Source: Bacteroidales bacterium
Lineage (GTDB): Bacteria > Bacteroidota > Bacteroidia > Bacteroidales > WCHB1-69
Direction of reading: 5' to 3'
Assembly: GCA_024685175.1 (NCBI GenBank)
Contig: JAIKWD010000016.1
Location: 54,722 to 118,721 of the forward strand
DNA: 64,000 bases
In this document: piece by piece, positions 37,736-49,700 of the stretch
How the letters are laid out: every line of letters starts with the position of its first letter
Numbering within the stretch: the stretch's first letter is position 1
Position numbers and translations under genes: made by a program
The notes under the pieces: model-generated
Told to the model about the DNA's origin: nothing
The model's input: only the letters and a program-made list of their open reading frames with translations
The model's database searches: none

Positions 37736-40700
37736 TTACTTCGTGATGAAGAGCTTGTAAACGGCAGGGCCTTGATCCGTGGTCAATCTCACGATGTAGG
37801 TACCTGTTGCCACGTTCAAACCAATCACTTCAGGATTGTTGTTCACGTGTCCGTTGTAGATCAACTTGCCATACATGTCATAGATGTCAACATTCTCGAT
37901 GACAATGTTGTAATCATTGACGATGTTTACATTGTTGTTCACGGCGAACACTCTGACGTGATTCTTGACGTAGTCAACAACGCCATCAGGAGTGTGGGTG
38001 TTGACGTTTGTCTTGAACGTATTGGCATTAGACCAATCGGCGTCGGTGCAACCCAGGGAGTTGGCCTTGACTTGCCATACATAGTTGGTACCAGACTGCA
38101 AGTTGGTAACATCATAGCTAAAGCCAGGAACATTCTGGATCATTGTCCAGGTTGTACTGGTGATAGTCTTGTAACGAATGTCATAGGAAGAAGCACTCGG
38201 ATGGTACCAAGTCAAAGTAGCAGATGCAGTGTCAATGTTGATGACTTGCAAGTTGTACGGACGTATACAATTTTCAACCTTGAAGGTGACAGCGATGGTG
38301 TGGTTAGCCGTCACATTGTGGAAGATGTAGGAAGTACGGGCGCCAACAGAGATACCGTCCACCACAACGTCGAGCACTTCGTAGTCCTCGTCGGGAGTGA
38401 TGGTGTAAGCGGCATTCTGACCATAGTTCACGGTGGTAGGACCATTGATGGAGCCATGGGCGCCAGCAGTAGCCGTAATCGTGAAGGTCTTGAGAGTCAT
38501 CGTAGCGGTCAACGTTTGGTCGGCGGTGACAGCCGGGAAGGTGTAAACATAAGCACCTGTTCCTGTTGCTTGAGCGTTGTTGATCACATTAGTGTTACCC
38601 ACCGTGATAGCGGTCACTTCGTAACCGAGATTAGGTGTAACGGTGAATGACGGGGTAGCATTGTGAGCAACAGTAACCACGCCACTCGGGGTGATAGTAC
38701 CATTGTTCGGTGCAGTCACGGTGATGGTATGATACAGCATCGTGAAGGCAGCGTGGATGGTGTGGTTAGCCGTTACAGGAGCGAAGGTGTAGGCGTTGTT
38801 GGTCAATGTAACCACTGCACCGTCTACCGTCACATAGTCGATAGCATAGCCAGCGGCAGGAGTGATGGTGTAGGTAGGCGTGCTGCCGTAAGCCACAGAC
38901 GTGTTACCGAGGTTGCTGATCGTACCGCCAACACCAGCTGTAGCGTTGATGTTGAACATGATAGAAGTAAACGTAGCCTCGATAGTGTGGTTAGCGGCAA
39001 TGTCTTCGAAGGTGTAGCTGGGAACAGCACCCACAGATGCGCCGTCAACCTCAACATCAGCGATCACATAACCCGTAGCAGGAGTGATGTCGAATGTTGC
39101 TGAAGAACCAGCGGCAACCGTAACAGCGCCACTAGGCGTAATGGAACCACCATTACCGGCAGAAGCCGTAATCGTGTAGTTGTCATCAACGAAGGTTGCG
39201 TGGATGGTGTGATCACCAGTCAAAGCAGCGAAGGTGTAAGTGCCGTTAGTCAATGTGACAACTGCGCCATCAACGGTAACCTCATCGATAGCATATCCAA
39301 CGGCAGGAATGATTGTGTAGGTAGGTGTACTACCATATACATAGTTCTGAGGTCCGAACGGATCAATTGTACCACCCTCACCGGCAGATGCGGTGATTGT
39401 GTAGACATTGGGCTCGAAGAAGGCCATGTAGGTGTAATCATTCAAGATGTTGGTCAAAACATCCGTGAAGACGGCTTCAGGATTCACAACCGTGAGTTCT
39501 TCGCCATTGCGGATGATCTGGCTGATGTGGTGACCAATAGCAGGTGTAGCGGTGAAGGTGTAGGTGTAGTTAGGATCGTATGTGATGTGTACGCTCGGGC
39601 TTACAACACCAGCACCGTCAGCCATGGTAATAATGTCATACTCGTTCAAGCCGAAGGTAATCGTGATATACTGAGGTTCGGTAATCATTTCGGTAGACCA
39701 TTGAGGAATTGCATTGTAAGCAATGCCGTTTACAGTCACGTTGATGATGCTGTAACCATCGGCGGCCTGGAATATGTTCATATAGTCAGACATATAGTCG
39801 ATCCACAAGGTGTCGTAGGACACTGCATTCATAGGATTGCCGTTTACGTAACCGTGACCACCATCCACAATGTAGATGATAGCAACGGAATCGATGGCGA
39901 CAAAGGCTTGAATGTGCGTGTTGACGTCGAGAGAATCGATGGTGTACGTGAAGTTGTTACCGTCAAATTGAACATCATTAATCATATTCACGCCGTTCAC
40001 AAGGAAGCTGTACAAGTGGAAATGATCATCAATAGTACCGGTAACAGTAGCAGGATAGCCAGCCACCACATATTGGGTGTCGGGTTCAATAGTTCCTCTT
40101 ACATCATCAGAGCCAAGATAAGAATTACCGTTGAGGTTGGCGATCTCGGTAGTTACCATGTGACCGAATTGGGCAGACACATACTGAGTAGTAGTAATGT
40201 CTTCAAAATCATAGTGATCAATGATACCGGTGTTCACAGCATTCACGGTCACAGCCATGGTGTAGAAGCCATCGGCCGGAGCGATGGTGGAAGTGTGATC
40301 TGCACCAATGTCAACCCAAGTGTCATAGCTTTCGCCAGCGGCAACCGTTACACCGTCAAACACGCCAGTACCGGCAATGGAGGTGTAGTGGATATTCACG
40401 GTGTCAATCTTGAAGCATGCTTGTACGTAGTAGTTAGCCACATACATCGTATCAATCGTGTAAGTGTAAGTACCCGTAGCAGGATCGAAGGTCACATCGG
40501 CGATGACGTTCTCACCATCGATGATGGCGCCTTCAGATGCCGGAGGAATGGTACCAACCACCAAGCTGTGCAAACTATAGTTTTCATCAGCAACCATGGT
40601 CAGCGTATGGGCCGTAGGATCCAACAGCGTGTCAGGTGTAGCCGGTACGAAATAACCACCTACCTCAGGATACTGATCGCTGTAGTTGTAAACATACTTG

Positions 40701-43700
40701 AAGATGTGGAATTCCATCTTGAATTCTACGTTGATCGTATGAGGCTCGGTGATATTCTCAAGGGTATACATCATGAAGCTAGCGTTGAACGGGTCTTCGT
40801 TCATCACACGCTCGCCATCAACCCAAACACCAGCGGTATGATACATTTCGTCAGGAATGATGTTGATGGTGAGATCTTCGTTGTAAGGAACTTGAATAGT
40901 ACCCAGCGGCGTGACAGTACCATGCTCACCCGCAGTCACGACAACGTCGATGACCGGCATAATGGAGAAGTTGTCAATGCTGAAACCTAAGTTACCTGCT
41001 TCAGAGAGAGCGTGGAAGCCGAAGTTGTAGACACCGTCGGCCGCAATGGTAATGACGTTGGAAGCCGTGTTGGTTTCCGTACCGCTGAAGTTATGCGTGT
41101 TGATTAGTTCGGTCATATCGGCCACGGTGGCACCAAAACCGTACTTCACTTCAAAGGCCTCGTTCAAATTGCTGTTGGCGGCGTAGTCGTATGAAATGAC
41201 ATAGTTGCCGGCAGGAAGTTCGAAACAAGGCGTCATCATCCAATCGTTGGCGTCAAGAGTGTCGTTGTAGGTGTAAACGATGGCATTGTCCATCGTCATC
41301 ATCACACCGTCCTCGTTGACATCGAAGTTGTTCCAGCCGCCCTTGTTGGCTTGTACGGCGGTGAAGTTTTGAGTATAAGGAACCGTCTCGGGCACCAAGA
41401 GGTTGACATTGGCAAGGGTAAGAGTGTTGTTGGTCAAATCCATGTCGCCGTCATAGACGATCGTCACCTGGATGTTGTTGGATCCATCATTATACTCAGG
41501 AATCGTAGCAAAAGTGTGGGTGTATGTGCCGTTAGGCTCTATGGTTGCGTTCACCGTCTCGGAAATGGTGTCCGTACCATTCAAAACACACATTGCCGTG
41601 AAGCCGTTGACAACATCGGAGAACGTATGGTTGTTCACCTTGACGGTAACATTTGCCTCGCTAAGGTCACAATTGTCAAGAATAGGTTCGATAGATACAA
41701 TCTGGAGATCCTTATCCACTGCCACAATGGAGATGTTGTCGATGGCGGCAGGTGTTTGTTGTCCTCCTGAACCATCATTTTTCCACAAGAAGTAGATGCG
41801 TTTGTAACCAGAAAAATCGGAGCCCAAATCTATGTTGAATGTGCTCCATTCATTATTTTGGTTGAGTTGGGCTATTCTTGAGGTACCGGTTGGAGCGCTG
41901 CTGCTGCCGGCAGTCACATTGCCAATTTCGCCGACAAACACTTGGAGGTAATCGTAATTGCCTTCGCCATAACCTTTCCAATCGAAGCTTAACTCATACT
42001 TATAGGCAGAATCCGCTTCAAAGTCGCGGTATGCCCAAACAGAGGTTGCGGAATTGGTATAATGGTTGTTTTCGCCATTGTCATCCGTCACGTACAGAGC
42101 GTTGCTGTCGCCGTTGCCCGTGGCATTGCCGACAATCCACTTGTTGGTTTGTGTGCCGTTGACCAACTGCCATCTGCCACTCTCATCTGCGCTGTCGAAG
42201 CTGAAGTTGTAGGGCAATGTAGCTGGTATGGCATGGGTGGTGAAGGATATTTCGTCGGTGTATTGCGATTCATCGCCTTCACCGCACACTGCCTTCATGC
42301 GGACATTATAGGTGGTCAATTCATCAAGGCCGGCAAGTTCGACATGGTTAGAGGTGTCACCTGCAATCGTGGTCCACACGGTGGCGTCTTCCTCCTTGTA
42401 TTCCACTGCATAGTTGGTCTGATGCTCGGGATCCGTCCACGAAATCTTGGCGCTGTTTGCCGTGATGTTGCTCACCTCCAGATTTTCAGGAGTAAAGCAG
42501 GTAGGAGTCAAATAGACGGTAAAGTCGTCAAAATTCCATGATTGAGTAGAACCGGTGCTAGTGTAGCGGAGAGCGATTCTGCCGTTTGCGGGAACGTTGG
42601 AGAACACGATCGGTCCAATGAAAGAGGTGTTTCCGCGTGTACCAACTGACGTCAACGTATCAACGGAAACAAATGTGGTCGGGTCGTTAATGTCGGTAAT
42701 CACACCGATCACCAAATTGTCGGTATAGGAGGTGGAAACTCTATTGGCCCAGAAGGTCATGCTCAAAGTGTTGACATCGTTGGTGAACACAGGAAGCACT
42801 ACCATACCTTGATTGCCCTTCATTTCCAAAGAATTGGAACCGGAATGGGCAGCATAACTATAGTTTCCATACACAAACGGAGACTTCACGCCATTGCCCG
42901 CTGTGTAGCCGGCACCATCGGAATACCAGCAGTTGTCCAATTCGATCTCGCCGCTGCCTGTATATTCCTCAAAGTCTTCGGTATAAGGATTCGCTTCGGT
43001 GATGGTATAGCCGGCACAAGGATCCAAGATAATAGAGACATCGTCCAAATTCAAGTAGAACATATCGGTCACATTGTGATGACGGAAAGCAACATGTACA
43101 GTTTGTCCTGCATACGCGCTCAAATCTATGACCGTCTCGACATATTCACCAGTAGCATAACCGGAATCAACAGGTAAGGTGGCAAGGAATGCGGTTATGT
43201 CCGCATCGGTTGCAACATATACACTATAATACTCTTCGGCATAGCTAGCATCTTGGCCTCTCAACCAGTATCTCAATTGGGAATTCTCAACTACATTGAT
43301 AGCAGGAGATATCAACCAGTTGTCGGGATTAAGCGGCGTTTCAGTATCATTATCATAGGACGCAGAAATGGCACATCTGTCGCTACCATTATGAGTGTTT
43401 GTTGACGGAGTTTGTCCAAGACCCCACGTATGTCCATCGTGGTCTCTATCAACTATAGTCCAGCAACCAATAGTCGTACTGTTGAAGTCGAAAGTCTCTA
43501 CAAACGGCACGTCAAAAGTTTGACTACAATCTGCGGGTACTACGATAGACATAACATCAGACCATTTAGACTCGCCGTCTGCGCTGCCGCAATTGGCTTG
43601 AACCTGGAACTCATATATTGAGCCGGGTACCGGGTTTACGAAAGTATATAAAGTATCGGTAAGGACAACAGTGGTGAACTCTTCGTCGCCCATCAAGCGA

Positions 43701-46700
43701 TACTGGAAGTTGTAACTTTCCGGGGTTCCGTTCGTTCCAGCACTCCACGACACAATGTAATCGTTACCAGATTGTGTAAGCACAAAAGAGGTCGGCACGG
43801 AACAGGTAGGAGGTACGCAAGACGGAGTTGTATAGAAGGTAGATCCATTTGAAAGCGTAGAACCGCTAGAACAAGCATAAACTTCGTTCATGTCGGGATC
43901 ATAAATGATAAATGACGCTTCATTAGGATAACTGCCAGTCGACCATCTAAACTCAGCTTCGCCGCACACTTCAACAGTGACTACGTTGCTATTGCCTGAA
44001 CTAATAGTTAGCGTCTGACTTTGAACACCACCCACAAACACTTGGATGGAATTTCCATTCCAACCATCACCATACGAATCGGTCATTTCGACAGTATAAA
44101 GACAAGTTGTCTGGCAGGGGATGGAAACGGTAATGGTCTTCCATGATGAAAGGCCATCTGTTTCACCACAGTTGGTTTGTACGCCTATTTCATACGTTGT
44201 TGCGGTTTCCAGATCGGTAAACACGTATGATTCTTCTGTCGTAGAAACTGTTACATAGGGATCATTTGTTCCGGCTTTGCGATACTGGATATTATAACTT
44301 TCGGGCGTACCTTCGGCGCCGGCACTCCACGTAAGAGTATTGGTGGCTTCGTCAAAGGCAACGATTGAAGGTGCAGAACAAGGTAAAGGAGGACAAATCG
44401 TAAATTGTATGTTGTTGCGGGCAGATAAGGCCGTACCACCGCTTATAGTACCTGTCGGATCATAATTAGTATAATCACTACATATATACCTTGAACAGTT
44501 ATTATGAGCGGTGTGTGTCTTAAAATATGGGTAACTAGAAGAATATGAATTCGTATTGTCATCCACTATCAGCATTAAGTTGTCTGTTCCATTATAATCG
44601 AAAGGTGTACTGAATTCAAAAGTAACAACACCAGATAATAATTTATTTCCAGAGAACACCAACGTGGCATTGTTAATTGGTTCGAATGCTGTAATGGATT
44701 GAGCCGTTGTGTTCATCAGATATACATTCAGATTTCGAGTTGCCGAATTGTGATCAACTTCCAACGTAATAGCTTTAATCTGACCTCCACGAGGTTGGTT
44801 GATTTCACTAGCCAAGTAAATTTGTTGAGAATAACTATAATTATAATAAGCATTCGAAGGCAAATATTGACTTGAACTCGTGCCAGTCAAATTAACTGTA
44901 GTACCACCTAAACAGGGAGGCGTAGTAAACGAATAGTTCTGCACCGCGGCAATAGACTGTAAATCGCAGTTGGCGAACACTTCAAAATGCAAGTTGTAGC
45001 CGGTGTTCAACTCTACAGGAATAGAATAGCTATTGGTGGTCACATTGGAGTCGATTACATTGTCGCCATTGTTAAGGCTATAGACAACCATCCAGGAAGT
45101 CTCTGAACCGCCGGCGGTCCACGTCACCACAACATTGGTGTTTTCAATTGTTACGTCTTCGTTCAGGGTCGGAGACGGACAGTAAACTACTTCATCGCAC
45201 GCAAGAGCTACCATCTGGAATTTCACGTTGTTACGATACATTAAACGACCGCTAGCGGTAGGAGGAGTTTGTGGATCGGCATTTTGACTATCGCTATGGT
45301 GATAAATTGACTTGTATCCTGTCGTGGTGTGAGAGTAGAACACGTAGGAACTGCTGTTATAGCCATTGGAATTGTCGTCAACAACCAACACCAAGTTATC
45401 GGTGCCATTATATTCGAATGGTGCATCGAAAGTGAAGGTGTTCCAGCCTGTGTTACATACCAGATCTCCGGAATAAACCAATTGTAAGTTGTTGAAACTC
45501 ACATAATCTGTAGTAGAGGCAAATTCGGATTTATTAGTATGTCCAAGGTACATATTCACACTTGTTTTCTTTGAGTTGGGAGTTGAATATTTATATTGGA
45601 AAGAAACTGCGCTAATCGTTCCAGCAGAACCGATTTCGCTGGCATCGAATATCTGTTGGGTGTAAGAATATTTATAGAAATTATCCACGGGGAGGTAATA
45701 AGTCGAACCTGTGCCCTCTCCAATAGCAACTTCGGTGGGTTGAGCTGTTTGATTTTCACACTCGACTTCCAAAGTAATCGTTGAGTATTCGCTTTCTTCA
45801 GTTGCGCAAAGGGCCTTTACTCGGAAATTATAGACTGCAGGATTGTCAAGTATGCCGCTGGTGAAGGAGGTGCCCGTCACATTGGTGATATTCCAGCTGT
45901 AAGCACCATCCAATTGATATTCAACCACGAAGTTATTTTGCGTAGAAACGTACGGTGTCCAGGTAAGGGTGGCCGTATGTGAGGTGATATCATAAACAAC
46001 ATTGAGGTTTTGCGGAGCACCGCATGCCATCTTCACATAGACATCGGATTCATTGGACCAGTCACCGACACCGTCGGCGCAGATGGGCTGCACGCGGAAG
46101 GTGATTTCATGGTCGTTGGGCATCGTGGCCACCAACACGGAAGTGGTGGTAGCGGAAAGAGTGGACGTGGTTTCGGCAGTGTTGTCAATAACCTCGACAT
46201 TGTAGCCCGTGGGGGTGCCCCAACAACCCGGTTCCCAAGTCAACACCTGAGAGGAAAGGTCGAATTCGGGCTTGCTCGGTGCAGAGCAGGTGGGAACGCT
46301 GGCGCATTCGATGGAAAGCAACAAATTGTCGCTCAAAGGACCGTTACCCGTCAAACGCAACGTTAACGAAGTCTCACATTGCGGAACGATATAACCGCTA
46401 AAGCTGCCCGTGACGGTCTGGATAAGCTTGGTGGGATCCACGGCATTGCCGTCATAGACATACAACACTTCGCCAAGACCCAACGTGAATTCGCCGGCCA
46501 ACTCGGGCCATTGACCTTCTGCACTGGACAGGATGGTCATCACGGCCTCGTTGTAAGCGGTGTCGGAAACCACGATGTTGCCGTGGCATGTAGTGACTTG
46601 TTCGTCCTCACCCAAGATATAATTCTTCTCGAGGGTTTGGGTGACAGGACCATACCAATCGCTGTAGCCGCTGGTGGCGCAGTTCTGACGGATGTAGAAA

Positions 46701-49700
46701 GTATAGGTCTCGCCATATTCCAGACCTGTGATGGTTCTGGGTTGGAGGTTGGCGTTCACGGAAGTACCACTTGTTTCAGGATCAAAGCTGCCGTTGTTGT
46801 ATTTGATTTGGACAGGATAGGTTCTACCCATATTGGTCCAGGTTACATCAACGGAACTCTCGCTAGCCGGTGTAACCGTGAGAGAGTTGGGCGTTTGGCA
46901 AGCGGGAATGAAATCAACCTTCACATTGAAGATACGGACACGTTGCGTAACGTCACTCTTTCTCAAACGGAAAGCCAAGTTTCCGTCGGGAGCATTATTG
47001 AGGATGAAACCATAGTTGGCGGCGTTAAAATCTGCCGTGTATTCAGCCAATTGCTGGAAAGTGCCCAGCGGGTCGTTCACGTCCGTCACAACACCCAATT
47101 GGAATGTCTTGCCAGGTTCATACCAGTCATACGCGTCGAAGGTAATTTGCAACACATTGAGCGTGGTGTCGAACTTGGGCAGGATAGCGTACACATTGCC
47201 GAATGCATCAATATCGGCTGCATCAATCGTGGCGTTGTAGAAATTGTACATATCCAACTGGTTGCTGTTGGAAAGAGTAGCACCATTTTCCGGATAAGTA
47301 CCGGTAAACACGGTAGACCAGCAATCGAAATTAGCGTTATTTTGCTCCAGAGAAACAAACGGCACGGGGATAGGCTTGCAATAGGTATGAGCCATAGCGA
47401 TTTTGGAAGGTTCTCCCATGAAATCACCTGCGCAGACCGTACGGACACGGAACATATAGGTTGTATTGGCGTCCAAATCGGTAACGCTATAGGTAACGGT
47501 ATCGGTAGCATCGGCCACGTTGATTGCGGTCCAGATGTCGGAACCCTCTTCTGCATATTCAATCACCCAACCGTTTTTGTACGTACCGTTCCAAGTGAGT
47601 TCGACGCTATGGTCGGTCGGGTTGGAGGCGACAAGGTTGGCGGGAACGAACGGACAAGATGTGAATTCAACATCCTCGATAGTCACGTCACCGTTGGCGA
47701 CAAAGAGGAAGTTCACGGCCTTGTCGTTATAGGTGGCCGGTATCTCAATGATGGTTTTCGCTACTTCGTTCGTGTTGATGGTGGCGATGTCCATAAAGCG
47801 GTTAAGGGCCGTACCTCTGTATGAACCTTTCACGGTTACATTGCCCTTAACATTCATCACGATGTAAGTGTTGCCAACGGCAGGAATGCTCATCGGCGGA
47901 GTCATCAACCAATTGTCTTCTTCGCCATTGGCGTTTTCGTCGGCGAAGGTAAAGCCATCAGCATCCCAGCAATCAGGGATCTCGGCGGCTTCAAACTTTT
48001 CGATGTATGGAACATCGAATGCGGCGCAACCGGAAACGAATTGATAAGGAGCCCAAGAACTCTGGTTCTCTTCATCGTTAGGATCGCACAGTGCCATAAT
48101 CTCGACTTCGTATGTCGTCTGGTCCATCAAACCACCGAAGGTAGTGGAAGGAAGACCACCAATGTTGAGGTTGATCCATTCTTCCTCGCCCTGAGGACGG
48201 AAACGGAGCACCCAAGCGGTTTCGCTGCCGCCAGGTGTCCAGGAAATGGTAGTCGTGGTGGAAATGTTGGAACTGGTGATGTCGGTCACGATAGGACAAA
48301 CACTCGTCGTGGAGAATTCGACTTCATCGGAATAGACACTCTCGTCGTTCTCACGACAGATGGCTTTCACGCGAACCGTATAAGCGGTCTTTTGGGTAAG
48401 ATTGCTAAGGGTGTATTCATTGCCATTTACCAGAACAACATTCCAATCATCCTCGCCTGTCTTATAACTCAATTCGTAGTTGGCCGCTTCGCCTTCCCAT
48501 GAAATGGTAGCAGCATCAACATCAATATTGGAAACTGTCAAATTTGTAGGAGCGGCACATGCAATTTGGTCGTTGCAGACAGCAACGCGCATGTTGAATT
48601 TGATATCGTTGTTATAAAAAACCATATTCTTGCTACCGGAAGCCCCAGCAGGGTTGGTATAAGAGACATTTGATTCATTATCGTTATATTCGTAGATGGC
48701 TCTTGCTGAAGAGGTTTGGTGAGCTTTAAAAGCACTAGAGTTATAACCCTGCATACCTTCATAGTATGCCACAACCAAGTTATCGGTGCCATTATAGCTG
48801 AACGGTGTATTGAAGTTGATTGTATTCCAACCCGAGACATAGGTGTATGCACCTTCCAAATATGCCACTTGAGAAAGTGAGCCTGGGGAGATGAAATCAG
48901 TTTTGCTGTCAAAAGAGGTCTTGTCTGTATGACCCAACCAGATGCGAATGTTACCCGTAGCAGAAGGAGCTGTAGCACAATTAAAACTGATACTCATAAT
49001 TCTGCCGCCATCGGGTTGGCCTATCTCTTCTGCAGTAATGATTTGCTGGGAATAAGAATAGCCATAATAACCATAGAAAGGCAAATTACTATTGTTTGTG
49101 GACTCACCAATAATCTCGACATTTGCCAAGGAAGTGGTGGTCGTGAGGCATTCGCTCTGGAAAGTGGTTTCGTTCCAAAGACTGCTCTCTTCGCCACAGT
49201 TGGTACGCACGCGCAAATTGTACGTACTGTTGCCCTGCAGATTGTGCAAGGTGGCCGTAGGAGCAGTGAGATTCATCGTGTACCACTCGCTATGGTCTTC
49301 CAACTTGTACTCCAAGGTCCAGTTGTTGTTCGTGCTGTCGCCAGGAGTCCACGTAACGATTGCGCTGTCGCCAGCAGTCGAAACGTTCAAGGCTAACGGC
49401 TCAACACACGTCACCAAGTCAAGGGTAATGTTGTCGATGGCGGCGGGAGTCTGCTCGCCCTGACCATTACCGTTGTTCATCCAAGCCACAAACAAAGAGC
49501 TGGTACCTTCATAATCACGTGCCGGAATTTTGAACGTGTAGTCGGTCCAATCGTTGTCCAACGCAACCTCCCAACTCTTGTTGTTGTCTCCTTTGGTGAT
49601 GTAAACGTGGAGGTAATCGCCGGCAGTCTCACCATTGGAACGGATTTTCATATTCAGGAAAGCACCCTCGGCCGGAATTTCAAATTGACGGAAAGCTATC

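Noticed and set aside
38270-39400. Near-identical peptide repeats as a possible assembly collapse or recent slippage
   Set aside because: The corresponding DNA segments differ at many synonymous positions, so they are old duplications. Repeat number should still be verified with long reads.
39200-40990. Long plus-strand ORFs inside the giant gene (for example 39200..40990 at 596 aa, 46379..47824 at 481 aa, 49781..50809, 37703..38650)
   Set aside because: All lie antisense to the 13.5-kb ORF, whose translation has coherent domains end to end. The antisense products are Val/Gly/His/Arg-rich with no domain signatures and no promoter boxes.
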